A program made the translations under genes and the position numbers. Shown here piece by piece: positions 41,509-55,019 of a DNA stretch of 64,000 nt; the stretch's first letter is position 1; each line of letters begins with the position of its first letter. This DNA is from Gammaproteobacteria bacterium (GTDB lineage: Bacteria > Pseudomonadota > Gammaproteobacteria > G965277405). The notes under the pieces were generated by a model. The model did not search any database, had not been told where the DNA came from, and saw nothing but the letters and a program-made list of their open reading frames with translations. Location: contig OZ255726.1 of NCBI GenBank assembly GCA_965277405.1, forward strand, positions 96,001 through 160,000. Direction: 5' to 3'.

Positions 41509-44500
41509 ATGTGGAAACACATATCGTTTAGTTTTTTGCTACTACTTACATTTTGTATTACATCTTGTAGTGATGTAGAAGTAGCTGATTCTGTTACAGA
41601 CAAACCTGTATTAACAAACGCTGCAGTTGTATTTACGAAGGGTGTTGCCATTGCTACCCCCTCAGAAATTGCTAATATTGGTGGTGCAGCTGCATTCTGC
41701 TCTGCTGTGAATATGCCTGCTAAATTAAATGTAATCCCCGCAAATGATACATGTCAAATATTTGGAACACCTGATGCCGCAACAGATAGCAATGGGGCGC
41801 TAGCTACAGTCATTGCCTATAATTCACTAGGGGTTTCTTTTGCTGATGTAACGATCAGAATTGATGTTCCATTACAACCCAACCTCCAAAATTTACAAGC
41901 GCAAGTATTAAAGTTACATTTACCTGTCCAGAACACCGAATTTGTTAACGATGGCGGCAGACATTTAACTAGCTGTGACGTCAGCCCAGCTATGCCGAGT
42001 AAGCTGGAGATAGCAATTACAGATAACCACAATTCATGCCGAATAATTGGGACACCAGAAGAACAACTAGTTGCAGAGAGCTATACAATAACTGCGACAA
42101 ATTCTATAGGCTCTAATACTGCGACTGTTGCACTAATAATACAACCAGCTAACGACGTTGATACTCCAACAGAGCGAGCAAATCTTATTAGTCCTGGGCT
42201 GCAAAATTTTCTAAAAGATGTAATGATAACAGCCGTGGACTTTGTGAACACTGGCGGCGGAGCAACAAGCTGCAACCCTACGCCACAGCTACCTGCAGGT
42301 TTGGAAATTGCGGTTGCAACCATAGCTGATACAGCAACGTGCCAGATAACAGGAACACCAACGCAGTTGCAAACTACAACCACCTACACGGTGACTGCAT
42401 CGAATAGCGGCGGCGCTAGCAGCGCAGACATCAGCATCACTGTGGACCTGCCCGCCCCACCAGTTTTAGCAAGCCCAAACCCGCTCGCTCAAATATTCGT
42501 AAAAAATAACCTGATAACAAATCCCGTGAACTTTGATAATAATGGCGGTGTTGTGACAAGCTGCGCGGTAGTAGGTGATCATAGTACAGATTGGCCACAG
42601 GGGTTAACAATTGACGAAACGACAGAAGGAGCCAGTTGCCAACTAACAGGCACGCCAACGCAGTTGCAAGTTGCAACCGCGTATACGGTGGCTGCGTCGA
42701 ATAGCGGCGGCAGCAGCAGAGCAGCTATCAGCATCACTGTCCATGATACCCCCCCAATTTTAGCCAGTCTAGCCGTTCAAGATTACACAATAGACATACA
42801 GATACCAACTGTGAACTTTGGCAACACTGGCGGTGCGGTAACAGGCTGTGATATTTCACCGCAGCTACCTGCAGGTTTGGATATTGTTGTTGCAGCCATA
42901 GCTGCTACAGCAACTTGTCAGCTAACAGGCACGCCAACGCAGTTGCAAGCTGAAACACTCTACACGGTGATTGCAGCCAACTCTGGCGGTGATAACAGTG
43001 CAGCTATAACCATCACTGTCCATGATACCCCCCCAATTTTAGCCAGTCTAGCCGCGCAAGCTTACACAAAAGACGTACAGATACTGCCCGTGCGCTTTGG
43101 CGATACAGGCGGTGCAGTAACAAGCTGCGCAGTAGTGGGTGTTACTGGTGCAGTATGGCCAGTTGGCTTAAGCGTTGCGGCAACGCCAGATGGCGCTAGT
43201 TGCCAAATATATGGAATTCCAACGCAGTTGCAAGATGCAAGCGTATATACGGTGACAGCGTCCAATACTGCTGGCGATAATAGCCGTGCTACTATCAGCA
43301 TTACTGTTAATGATACCCCCCCAATTTTGGCCAGTCTAGCCGCGCAAGATTACACAATAGACATACAGATACCAACTGTGAACTTTGGCAACACTGGCGG
43401 TGCGGTCACAAGCTGCGCAGTAGCAGCTGATAATGACGCAGCATGGCCACAGGGATTAAGCTTTGAGCCAACGCCAGACGGAGCTAGTTGCCAACTAACA
43501 GGCATGCCAACGCAGTTGCAAGCTGAAACACTCTACACAGTGACTGCAGCCAACTCTGGCGGTGATAACAGTGCAGCTATCAGCATCACTGTCCATGATA
43601 CCCCCCCCATTTTAGCCAGTCTAGCCGCGCAAGATTACACAAAAGACATACAGATACTGCCCGTGCGCTTTGGCGATACAGGCGGTGCGGTAACAAGCTG
43701 CGCAGTAGCAGCTGATAATGACGCAGCATGGCCAGTTGGCTTAAGCGTTGCGCCAACGCCAGATGGTGCTAGTTGCCAAATATCTGGAATTCCAACGCAG
43801 TTGCAAGATGCAAGCATATATACGGTGACAGCGTCCAATACTGCTGGCGGTAATAGCCGTGCTACTATCAGCATTACTGTTAATGATAGACCCCCATTGT
43901 TAGTAAGTCCAAGCCCGCAGCCATTCACCATCAACACAACGATACCAGCTGTGAATTTTATCAACATTGGCGGGGGTGTGTCAAGTTGTAATGTTGTAGC
44001 ACCGCTACCTAGTGGTTTGCAGATCGCCCCTGCAACCATCTTAGGTAAAGCAACTTGCCAACTAACAGGAAGACCAACGCAGTTGCAAATTCCAACCACC
44101 TACACGGTGACTGCATCCAATTCTGGCGGTGATAACAGTGCAGATATCAGCATCACTGTCCATGATCGCCCACCAGTGTTAGTAAGTCCAAGCCCGCAGT
44201 CATTCACCATCAATACACCGATAACCACCCCTGTGAACTTTGGCAATACTGGTGGTACGGTAACAAGTTGTGATGTTGCACCAGAGCTACCTGCAGGTTT
44301 GGATCTTGCGGCTGCAACCGTCTCAGCTATAGCAACTTGCCAACTAACAGGAAGACCAACGCAGTTGCAAATTCCAACCACCTACACGGTGACTGCATCC
44401 AATTCTGGCGGTGATAACAGTGCAGATATCAGCATCACTGTCCATGATCGCCCACCAGTGTTAGTAAGTCCAAGCCCGCAGTCATTCACCATCAATACAC

Positions 44501-47500
44501 CGATAACCACCCCTGTGAACTTTGGCAATACTGGTGGTACGGTAGCAAGTTGTGATGTTGAACCAGAGCTACCTGCAGGTTTGGATCTTGCGGCTGCAAC
44601 CGTCTCAGCTATAGCAACTTGCCAACTAACAGGAAGACCAACGCAGTTGCAAATTCCAACCACCTACACGGTGACTGCATCCAACTCTGGCGGTGATAAC
44701 AGTGCAGATATCAGCATCACTGTCCATGATCGCCCACCAGTGTTAGTAAGTCCAAGCCCGCAGTCATTCACCATCAATACACCGATAACCACCCCAGAGC
44801 TACCTGAACTTTGGCAATACTGGTGGTACGGTAGCAAGTTGTGATGTTGCACCAGAGCTACCTGCAGGTTTGGATCTTGCGGCTGCAACCGTCTCAGCTA
44901 TAGCAACTTGCCAACTAACAGGAAGACCAACGCAGTTGCAAATTCCAACCACCTACACGGTGACTGCATCCAACTCTGGCGGTGATAACAGTGCAGATAT
45001 CAGCATCACTGTCCATGATACCCCCCCAGTGTTAGTAAGTCCAAGCCCGCAGTCATTCACCATCAATACACCGATAACCACCCCTGTGAACTTTGGCAAT
45101 ACTGGTGGTGCGGTAGCAAGTTGTGATGTTGCACCAGAGCTACCTGCAGGTTTGGATCTTGCGGCTGCAACCGTCTCAGCTATAGCAACTTGCCAACTAA
45201 CAGGCACGCCAAGGCAGTTGCAAGTTGAAACACTCTATACGGTGACTGCATCGCATAGCGGCGGTAATAGCCATGCAGCTATCAGCATCACTGTGCATGA
45301 TATCCCCCCAGTGTTAGTAAGTCCAAGCCCGCAGCTATTATTCACCATCAACGCAGTGATACAAACCCCCGCGAACTTTGGCAATACTGGTGGTACAGTA
45401 ACAAGTTGTGATGTTGAACCAGAGCTACCTGCAGGTTTGGATCTTGCGGCTGCAACCATCTCAGCTATAGCAACTTGCCAACTAACAGGAAGACCAACGC
45501 AGTTGCAAATTCCAACCACCTACACGGTGACTGCTTCGAATAGCGGCGGTAATAGCAGTGCAGATATCAGCATCACTGTTAATGATAGACTCCCATTCTT
45601 AGTAAGTCCAAGCCCGCAGTCATTCACCATCAACACCGCGTTAACCCCCCCCGTGCTCTTTGGCAATACAGGCGGGCATGTAACACGCTGTGAGAAACAA
45701 CCTTATACTCTTGCATGGCCTGAGGGCTTAAGCTTTGAGCCAACGCCAGACGGTGCTAGTTGCCAAATATCAGGCACGCCAACGCAGTTGCAAAACACAA
45801 GCCGTTACGCGTTTATGGTGCATAATAGCGGCAATAGCGGCAACGGCGTAACTTTAGCCATCGCTGTGCATGATATCCCCCCAATTTTAGCCAGTCTAGC
45901 CGCGCAAGATTACACAATAGACACACAGATATCAGATGTGCTCTTTGGCAATACTGGTGGTGCGGTAACAAGCTGCGCAGTAGTCGGTGATAATAGTGCA
46001 GCATGGCCACAGGGATTAAGCTTTGCGCCAACGCCAGACAGAGCTAGTTGCCAACTAACAGGCATACCAACGCAGTTGCAAGCTGAAACACTCTACACGG
46101 TGATTGCATCCAACTCTGGCGGTGATAACAGTGCAGATATCAGCATCACTGTCCATAATATCCCCCCAGTGTTAGTAAGTCCAAGCCCGCAGTCATTCAC
46201 CATCAATACACCGATAACCACCCCCGTGAACTTTGGCAATAGTGGCGGTGCTGTGACAAGTTGTAATGTTTCACCACAGCTACCTAATGATTTGGAGCTT
46301 GTAGTTGCGGCAAATGGCCCTAGTTGCCAAATAACAGGCACACCAACGCGGTTGCAAGCTGAAACACTCTATACAGTAACTGCATCGAATAGCGGCGGCG
46401 CTAGCATTTCATCAATAAACATCGCGGTGATTGCTGCTATCCCAGTGTTAGAAAGTCCAACTCCACAGATATTAACCATAAACACAGCGATACTACCCGT
46501 GCTCTTTGGCAATATAGGCGGTGCGGTAACAAGCTGTGATGTTTCATCACAGCTACCTGCAGGTTTGGATATTGTTGTTGGAGCCATAGCTGGTAAAGCA
46601 ACTTGTCAGCTAACAGGCCCGCCAACGCAGTTGCAAACTACAACCACCTACACAGTGACTGCATCCAACTCTGGCGGTGATAACAGTGCAGATATCAGCA
46701 TCACAGTGAACGCTAATATCCCAGAACTAGCAAGCCCAAGCCCGCAGCTATTCACCATCAACACGCTGATACCAGCTGTGAATTTTAGCAACACAGGCGG
46801 TGCGGTAACAAGTTGTGATGTTTCAGCACCGCTACCTAGTGGCTTGCAGCTTGCCACCATAGCAGATACAGCAACTTGTCAGATAACAGGCACTCCAACC
46901 GCACTGCAAGCAGAACCGATAACGTATACCATCACAGCGTCGAATAGCGGCGGTGCTAGCAGAGCAGCGATAAGCATCACGGTGAATGCTAATATCCCAG
47001 AGTTAGCCAGCCCAAGCCCGCAGCTATTCACCATCAACACTTTGATACCAGTTGTGAATTTTAGCAACACAGGCGGTGTGGTAACAAGTTGTAATGTTTC
47101 ACCACAGCTACCTAGTGACTTGCAGCTGGCAGTTGCCAACATAGCAGATACAGCAACTTGTCAGCTAACAGGCACGCCAACGCAGTTGCAAGCTGCAACA
47201 CTCTACACGGTGACTGCATCCAACTCTGGCGGTGATAACAGTGCAGATATCAGCATCACTGTCCATGATCGCCCACCAGTGTTAGTAAGTCCAACCACCC
47301 CGCAAATATTCACAAAAAATATGCCGATACCAACTGTAAATTTTATCAACACTGGCGGGGATGTGACAAGTTGTAATGTTGCACCAGAGCTACCTGCAGG
47401 TTTGGATCTTACGGCTGCAACCGTCTCAGCTATAGCAACTTGCCAACTAACAGGAAGACCAACGCAGTTTCAAACTGCAAGCGTATATACAGTGACTGCG

Positions 47501-50500
47501 TATAATAGCGACGGCCGTCGTTCACTATTGGCTACACCGATAACCATCACTGTCCATGATATCTCCCCAGACTTAACTAACAAGCTCGGTCTAATATTCA
47601 ACAAAAATATCGAGATAAGAACTCCTGTGCGCTTTGATAACACAGGCGGGCATGTAACACAGTGCAATATAGTTGGGGATAATAGCGGGGATTGGCCTGC
47701 TGGATTATTTGTTATGAGAACGGCAGACCTCGCTACTTGCCAAATCCATGGCAGGCCAACGCAGCTGCAAGATGAACAAGTCTATACTGTTGCAGCCTCT
47801 AATAGCGGCGGCACTAGCAACGCCACTATCGGGATTACTGTTAATGATAGCCCCCCAGCGTTAGTAAGCCCAAGCCCGCAGACATTCACCATCGACACAC
47901 CCATAACACCCGTGATCTTTGGCAACAGTGGCGGTGCGGCGATAACACGTTGCACAGTAGTAGGTGTTACTGGTATACCATGGTCAACGGAATGGGGATT
48001 AACAGTTACTCCAACGCCAGATGGTAGTAGTTGCCAAATATCAGGATATCCAACGCAGTTACAAGAAGCCACCACCGCCACCTACGCGGTGGGTGCGTAC
48101 AACGCTGGCGGTCATAACAGCGCAGATATCAGCATCACTGTGGTTAATCCCCTCCCCCCAGTATTAGTAAGTCCAAGCCCGCAGAGATTCACCATCGGCA
48201 CAAGAATAGCACCCGTGATCTTTGGCAACAGTGGCGGTGCGGCGATACGAAGCTGCATAGTACTGAGTGTTAATGGTAGCCCATGGTCAGAGGAATTGGG
48301 ATTAAGCGTTACGCCAACAGCAAATCGCACTAGTTGCCAAATATATGGAATTCCAAGCCAGTTGCAAGAAGCCGCCACCTACGCGGTGCGTGCGGACAAC
48401 GCTGGCGGTGATAACAGCGCAGATATCCTCATCACTGTTATAGATAGTCCACCAGTATTAGATAGCAACCGCGCGCGACACTTAATTTTTGTAACCAATA
48501 CTAATAGCCGTGTGGTCATTGACTATAATGGCGGTGAGATAATAAACTGCACAACAGAGATGCGTAGTGATGCAGCATGGCCACAGGGCTTAGACGTTAC
48601 ACCAACGTATAATCGCCATGGTTGCGAAATATCTGGATGGCCAAGTCAGTGGCAAGTTGAAGAAGACTATGATGTTGTAGCGCATAATAGTGGCGGTCAT
48701 AGCAGCGCCTCTATCAGCATTACTATTCATGATTTATTACCAATATTAGCAAGTCCAAACCCGTCCGCTCAAATATTCGTACAAAATAACCCGATAACTC
48801 CTGTGCTCTTTGGCAATACAGGCGGGCGTGTAACAAACTGCGAGATAGTGGGTGATAATAGCGCAGATTGGCCACTTGGCTTAATACTTAACCCAACGCC
48901 AGACGAAGATAGTTGTCAAATAACAGGCACGCCAAGTCAGTTACAAACTGCAATACACTATACGGTTAAAGCGGATAACAGTGGGTATAATATCGAGTCT
49001 CACAGCGCCAGTATCGAAATAACTGTGGTTGATATCCCCCCAGTATTAGCAAGTCCAAGCCCGCAGCGATTCACCATGCACTATAACATAACACCAGTGC
49101 CCTTTAACAATACAGGCGGGCGTGTAACAAGCTGCGAGAAAGTCGGTGATAATAGCGCAGATTGGCCTGTTGGCTTAAACGTTGTGCCAACGCCAGATAG
49201 TAGTAGTTGCCAAATATCAGGATATGCAGCGCAGTTGCAAGAGGAGGCTACCACCTACGCGGTGACTGCGACCAACTCTGGCGGTGATAGCAGCGCAACT
49301 ATCCGCTTCACTGTTACAGATATACGCCCAGTATTAGATAGACGACGCAATCTACACTTAAATTTAGTAAGAGATCAGCCAATAATAGAAAGAAACCATG
49401 ATATAATAAGACCAGGCGATCCGGTCATTCTAAATACAAATCTCGGTGCGATAACAGACTGCACAACAGAGATGCGTAGTGGTACAGCATGGCCACTGGG
49501 CTTACGCGTTTACCCAATGCACGCTGGCAGTGGTTGCGAAATATCTGGAACGCCAACGCGGTGGCAAACTACAGCAGACTATGATGTTGTAGCGCATAAT
49601 AGTGGCGGTGATAGCCGCGCCTCTATCAGCATTACTATTCATGATATTTTCCCAAGATTAGCAAGTCCAAACCCGTCCGCACAAATATTCGTACAATACG
49701 ACCCGATAACTCCAGTGCTCTTTGGCAATACAGGCGGGCGTGTAACAAGCTGCGAGATAGTGGGTGATAATAGCGCAGCTTGGCCTGTTGGCTTAACCGT
49801 TGTGCCAACGCCACACAAAGATAGTTGTCAAGTAACAGGCACGCCAACGCAGTTACAAGCTGCAATACAATATACGGTTAAAGCGGATAACAGAGGGTTT
49901 AATGACGACCATAACAGCGCCAGTATCGAAATCACTGTGGTTGATAGCCCCCCAGTATTAGCAAGTCCAAGCCCGCAGCAATTCACCATCGACACAAGCA
50001 TAACACCCGTGCTCTTTGGCAACAGTGGCGGTGCGGCGATAACAAGCTGCGAGATAGTGGGTGATAATAGCGCAGATTGGCCTGCTGGCTTAAACGTTGC
50101 GCCAACAGCATATGGCACTAATTGCCGAATATTAGGAATTCCAAGCCAGTTGCAAGGTGCAACCACCTACACGGTGACTGCGTCCAACGCTGGCGGTGAT
50201 GGCAGCGCAGCTATCAGCATCACTGTGGTTAATCCCCCCCCCCCAGTATTAGCAAGTCCAAGCCTGCAGCTATTCACCATCCGCACAAGAATAGCAGCCG
50301 TGATCTTTGGCAACAGTGGCGGTGCGGCGGTAACAAGCTGCGAGATAGTGGGTGATAATAGCGCAGCTTGGCCTGCTGGCTTAAGCGTTGTGCCAACGGC
50401 AGGTGGCGCTAGTTGCCGAATATTTGGAACTCCACGCCAGTTGCAAGTTGCAACCACCTACACGGTGACTGCGTCCAACGCTGGCGGCCATAGCAGCGCA

Positions 50501-52891
50501 GATATCAGCCTCACTGTCCAAGGTGCAGCACCTGATTTATCATATTCGCACGGTGTAATGGCATTTTTCGCCGATTCTGTTCCTCAAACTATAAAGATTC
50601 AAAACAATGGTGGTGCTGTGACTATATGTACATCAAGGCCACCGCTACCTGCAGGTTTCGCCGTGATTGTAGCTGCAAGTGATATCGAAAACGGAGCTAA
50701 CACCTGCGCCATTACTGGCACTGCAGTCAGTCTTGGTTTAACATCAAATACTACTTATGATATTACTGGGTCAAATAACTATGTTGATGTTAGCACTGTA
50801 GCTATACAAATTTCCGTATTCAATATTCGACCGAGTATTGCTAACAAAATTGCCCAGACAATATTGACAACCCATGATACCCAAGATACGCAAGAATGGC
50901 GATTTACAAGCACTGGTTATTTTAGTACCTGTGTCTTACAACCGCCGCAACAGCTACCTATTGGTTTGAGAGTAACTGCGGAAAATGGCAGCTGTGTAAT
51001 CAAAGGATCACCAACACAAGCGGTGGCAAGAGCAGAATATACGGTTAATGGTTATATATCTAATGCGGAGGACACATTGCTTACAACAGCAACTATTTCT
51101 ATTACCACGGTTGATTCTAATTGTGACACTGGCTCACTCATTTCGGCAAAAGATAGCAACCCATTAGAAAGATATCAATGGTACTTAGATGGTAGGCAAC
51201 AAGGTCAAATTGCCATCGGCATGGATGCTAGCAAAATGGATAGTAGCATCCATTTAAACTTACAACGTGCATGGCGCACTGATGGCTGCCTCGGTCAAGG
51301 AACGTTGGTGAGCGTGGTTGATACTGGATTGCAAATAACCCACCCTGATTTAGCTGACAATATTGATCCTCGGCAAGGATATGCTTTTGCAACAGGGTCT
51401 TTTATGCAACCTAATGCCGCGACAGGAACAACCGATCCCAGCCCAATGGATACTGACGGCGACCATGGTACAGCAATAGCTGGCTTGATTGCCATGGTAG
51501 ATAATGTTATGGGTGGCTTGGGTGTCGCACCCAAAGCCAAATTGCTTGGCTTTAACAATATGGCTGCTGGTGTAAATAGAAATGCCACGTATTTACAATA
51601 TAGTATTGGCGATGCAACCCCCCCCAATGCCACTGATTCCCCTGCAGTTGACGCCGATATTGTGTATTTAGGCTATGAGCTAGCTAGTCGCCTTGATCAC
51701 ATCGGCACAATACATACCGCAGCAATTGGCAACGACGCAATACAACATCCATCTTACAACGAAATAATCATGCGCAGGATTCAAGATGGCAGAAACGGCA
51801 AAGGAGTCATTTTTGTTAAACCTGCAGGAGATTCATATATTGGTGATGGTGACGCATGCAGCCAAGCGAATGCAATAGGTACGAGCTGTGGCTTATCTGG
51901 TGATGATCCGATAGCCACCTTACCTATCATCAATGTTGCCGCAGTCAACGCCTTAGGGAAACGCTCGAGATATTCTGCTGCTGGTGCTATTTGGGTGAGT
52001 GGTCTTGGTGGCGAGCAAGGTGGTTCATCAGCTGGAAAACCTGGAATGCCCACTACAGATATAGCTTCTTGTGACAGAGGTTATAGTAAAGCAAGCAGAT
52101 CAGACCATAACTTCCAATTCCACAGTGACGATCCAATATGCAATTACACCAATACTTTCCACGGTACGCGAGCAGCGGCTGCAATTGTCAGTGGCGCGGT
52201 TGCCTTGTTACTTTCGCAACATCCAGCATTAACTATTTGGGATGTGCGTTATATATTAGCGCAAACAGCAACGAAAATTGATGACGACTACAAGGTGACT
52301 ACACATATTCATGGTATCGGCCCTTATCAATTTAGTCGGGGTTGGATTACAAATGACGCAGATCTTGATTACAGCGATTGGTATGGTTTTGGTTTAGTCA
52401 ATGTAGATGCTGCATTAGCGATGGCGAAGAGCTATTCGCAGTTGATTACCCATAGCAGAATTGAGACAGAACACTTTGAAAATGTGCTCAATGATAATGA
52501 TGATAAAACTGTACCGAATAAAAATATGGATGGTCTTAGCTCCAATGTAATGGTTGAGGTACGGAATGGACAAAATCCAATAGTTGACCATATCAACCTG
52601 TTTATTGACCTAACGGCAACAGTACTGCAAGACATAGAAATATCTTTAACATCGCCTGCTGGAACAATCTATACGGCGTATCCTGCAGGAACAGGGCACA
52701 CTCAAGCTAACCTAAATTATGATCAACCCATAGCTGTGAATGCGTTTTTTGGTGAAAAAATATCTGGTCAATGGACAATAACAGTGAAGGATTTATTTTC
52801 AAACGATGATTTTACAGAAGGAGACTATGCATACTATGATGATAATACCTTGAATAAATGGAGATTAAAATTTACATATCATTCAGATTAG
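41509..52891 (+). CDS. Giant surface lipoprotein: ~30 putative-Ig repeats + S8 subtilase-like domain + P-domain; frameshift at ~44795-44803 (ORFs 41509-44844 and 44870-52891)
   Basis: Lipobox ITS-C at residue 20; ~94-100 aa repeats (FxNTGGxVTSC...LPxGL...CQLTGTP...YTVTASNSGG...ISITV); VVDTG, DHGTAIAG, YGFGLVNVDAA, ISLTSPAGT and GQWTITVKD. Removing 7 nt gives one 3791-aa frame. Confidence 0.85.
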
Positions 52892-52899
52892 CTGATTAG

Positions 52900-53203
52900 G
52901 GAAGCTCTGATTAACTCCATGATGGGTGAGGCGGAGAAAAAACGATGATGATAACTAGACGCAGTGCTCAGATAATACTGGTGGTCTTGTGGTGGGTATT
53001 GTGGGTATTGCCAAGCGCTGCAACGACGTTAGTACCGCTTTTTTCCCGTCGTTGTGTTGAATATACTTTGGGTTTGCTGCAGCGGTACTTGCTGTGTTGC
53101 ATCCCTTGGCGTATAGCTAGGTCATGCGCTTAGCGGTTTGCGCCTTGCAATCATCAGCAATTGCAGGCAACCTCGCTCCATCAGCGACTTAATCAGCACT
53201 TCC
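52900..53203 (-). mobile_element. MITE, full copy
   Basis: TTAG then GGAAGCTCTGATTAACTCCATGATGG...GACTTAATCAGCACTTCC then CTAG. Confidence 0.87.
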
Positions 53204-53218
53204 CTAGCACAGCGCCTG

Positions 53219-54979
53219 CTAGCCACGCTGTACGAAACGTTGCGGTGAGAGTTTTGCGTATGTTGCTGCGGCTATTGGCGGCGGTATTCCGCGTATCTCA
53301 TTGGCGAGCAGCATCGCCAAATACGGCGCAAGAATGCTGCCTTTAGAACCCAGCCCTAATAGTGCATAGCTGGTGCGTTGCCCGCCAAGGCTGCCACAGA
53401 CAGGCCAATTATCATTCTGTACCTGGCGCAGATTTGACCATAATCGCACATGTGCTGGCAGTTGTATGCTCTGGTTACTGCTGGTTGCAAGTAGCTTGGC
53501 GATGTGGTCAATCTCTGCTTTATTGTCGCTGCAATCGAGGTTGTGCAAATCATAGCTTGCACCAATACAACGCTGGTTTCTGCTCGATAATGCATAGTGT
53601 TGGTCGCAATGGATAAAGTCGCTGCCTGGCTGTTGCCAATATCCAATTTGCCCGCGAATGCGCCGTCCCGCAATCTGCATCCCCCATGGCTGCCAAGCAT
53701 GGTTGACGCACAATACTACCGCGTCATACTGACTGTCATTTTCAATGCTACTGGTGTTGGTAATGCTACTGGTGTTGGTAATGCTACTGGTGTTGGTAAA
53801 GTGGCTCTGCGCAGCATGATTTGTTATTACACAAATACGCTGATGGTCGAGTAATTCGGCTACAAGGCACGGCATATTTACAACCATAGTGTCACGAAAT
53901 ACCACCGCATCATCAGTAATTTCCAGCCACGGTGTTGCGCTTTGCTGCATTTGCGACAGACGCGCCAACCATTTGCGCTGCCGTGCTGTAACAGCCAGGT
54001 AGCTACTACCAATGCAATGCACTGCAGCGGCGCTGCGTTGCAACAGCCAGCTGATGCTGTAGACATATGCTTGCCAGCGGAAAAAGGACTCTGCTGTTGC
54101 ATCCGCAACTGGTTTAAAGAATGTCACTGCATACGGGTTGGCAGAAGCGCCGTTGGCAATCGTTGCATGTTGTTCAAACACGGTCACTTGTGCGCCAGTT
54201 GCTGCAAGTTGTCGGGCAATATGCGCCCCAGCAATCCCAGCACCGACAACTGCGACGCTGTTGCAGGGTTTGGCTGCGGCTGTCTTCTTTGAAAAATATT
54301 CAGCGTAGAGCATATGGCGCTTATGCGCATATCCTTGTTTTTTGCGGACAACGAACCCTGCATCTTGTAAGTTATCAACCACATCGCGCGCGACGCTAAA
54401 CGAGACAGCAATCGCGCCATCCGCGCTTGTATTGGCTATTGCTGTGCATATTTTCTTGCTCCACATCGCCGCATTGTTGCTTGGCGCAAAGCCATCTAAA
54501 AACCATATCTGCTGGTTATGTTGGTAGCGTTGTATAGCAACATCAACATCGGCAAAGTGCAGTTGCAACCGCACTTGCGAAAAATGCAGCACCCAATCAC
54601 CTGCTAACCGTGGTGGATATACCCGCAACAGTTGCTGCGCTATGTTGTTAATTGTTGGCCATTGCTGCAGTGCTCGCTGCATCTCGGTGATAGTCAGCGG
54701 ATACCCTTCCAGACTTTCAAAAACCAATTGAATGTCTGCACGCTTAGAATCTAATACAGCCTGCCATGCGAGTAAAAAGTTAAGCCCTGTACCAAACCCT
54801 AATTCACCAATAGTAATGATGCTATGTGGTGCTGCATCGGCAAATATACGTGGCAGACCGCTATTCTCGATAAATACCGCTCGGCTTTCAGCAATACCAT
54901 TTTCACCATAATACATATCTGCAAATATTGTAGAGTGCGGAATGTTATCACTCCAACAGATATGACTTTGTGGCAACAT
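53219..54979 (-). CDS. mnmC: tRNA mnm5s2U34 bifunctional methyltransferase/oxidoreductase
   Basis: FADMYY, GELGFGTGLNFL, WFLDGFAPSNN and VVGAGIAG FAD motif. Start set at ATG 54979. Confidence 0.9.
   Translation of the reverse strand: MLPQSHICWSDNIPHSTIFADMYYGENGIAESRAVFIENSGLPRIFADAAPHSIITIGELGFGTGLNFLLAWQAVLDSKRADIQLVFESLEGYPLTITEMQRALQQWPTINNIAQQLLRVYPPRLAGDWVLHFSQVRLQLHFADVDVAIQRYQHNQQIWFLDGFAPSNNAAMWSKKICTAIANTSADGAIAVSFSVARDVVDNLQDAGFVVRKKQGYAHKRHMLYAEYFSKKTAAAKPCNSVAVVGAGIAGAHIARQLAATGAQVTVFEQHATIANGASANPYAVTFFKPVADATAESFFRWQAYVYSISWLLQRSAAAVHCIGSSYLAVTARQRKWLARLSQMQQSATPWLEITDDAVVFRDTMVVNMPCLVAELLDHQRICVITNHAAQSHFTNTSSITNTSSITNTSSIENDSQYDAVVLCVNHAWQPWGMQIAGRRIRGQIGYWQQPGSDFIHCDQHYALSSRNQRCIGASYDLHNLDCSDNKAEIDHIAKLLATSSNQSIQLPAHVRLWSNLRQVQNDNWPVCGSLGGQRTSYALLGLGSKGSILAPYLAMLLANEIRGIPPPIAAATYAKLSPQRFVQRG
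53744..53797. repeat. In-frame 18-bp tandem repeat x3 (TNTSSI) inside mnmC
   Basis: AATGCTACTGGTGTTGGT repeated three times. Confidence 0.93.
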
Positions 54980-55019
54980 CGTATGCGTCGACTGCTGGTG
55001 CTGAACAATTGGGGAGCTG

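Noticed and set aside
43062-50457. Repeated minus-strand ORFs within the giant gene
   Set aside because: Antisense shadows of the Ig repeats.
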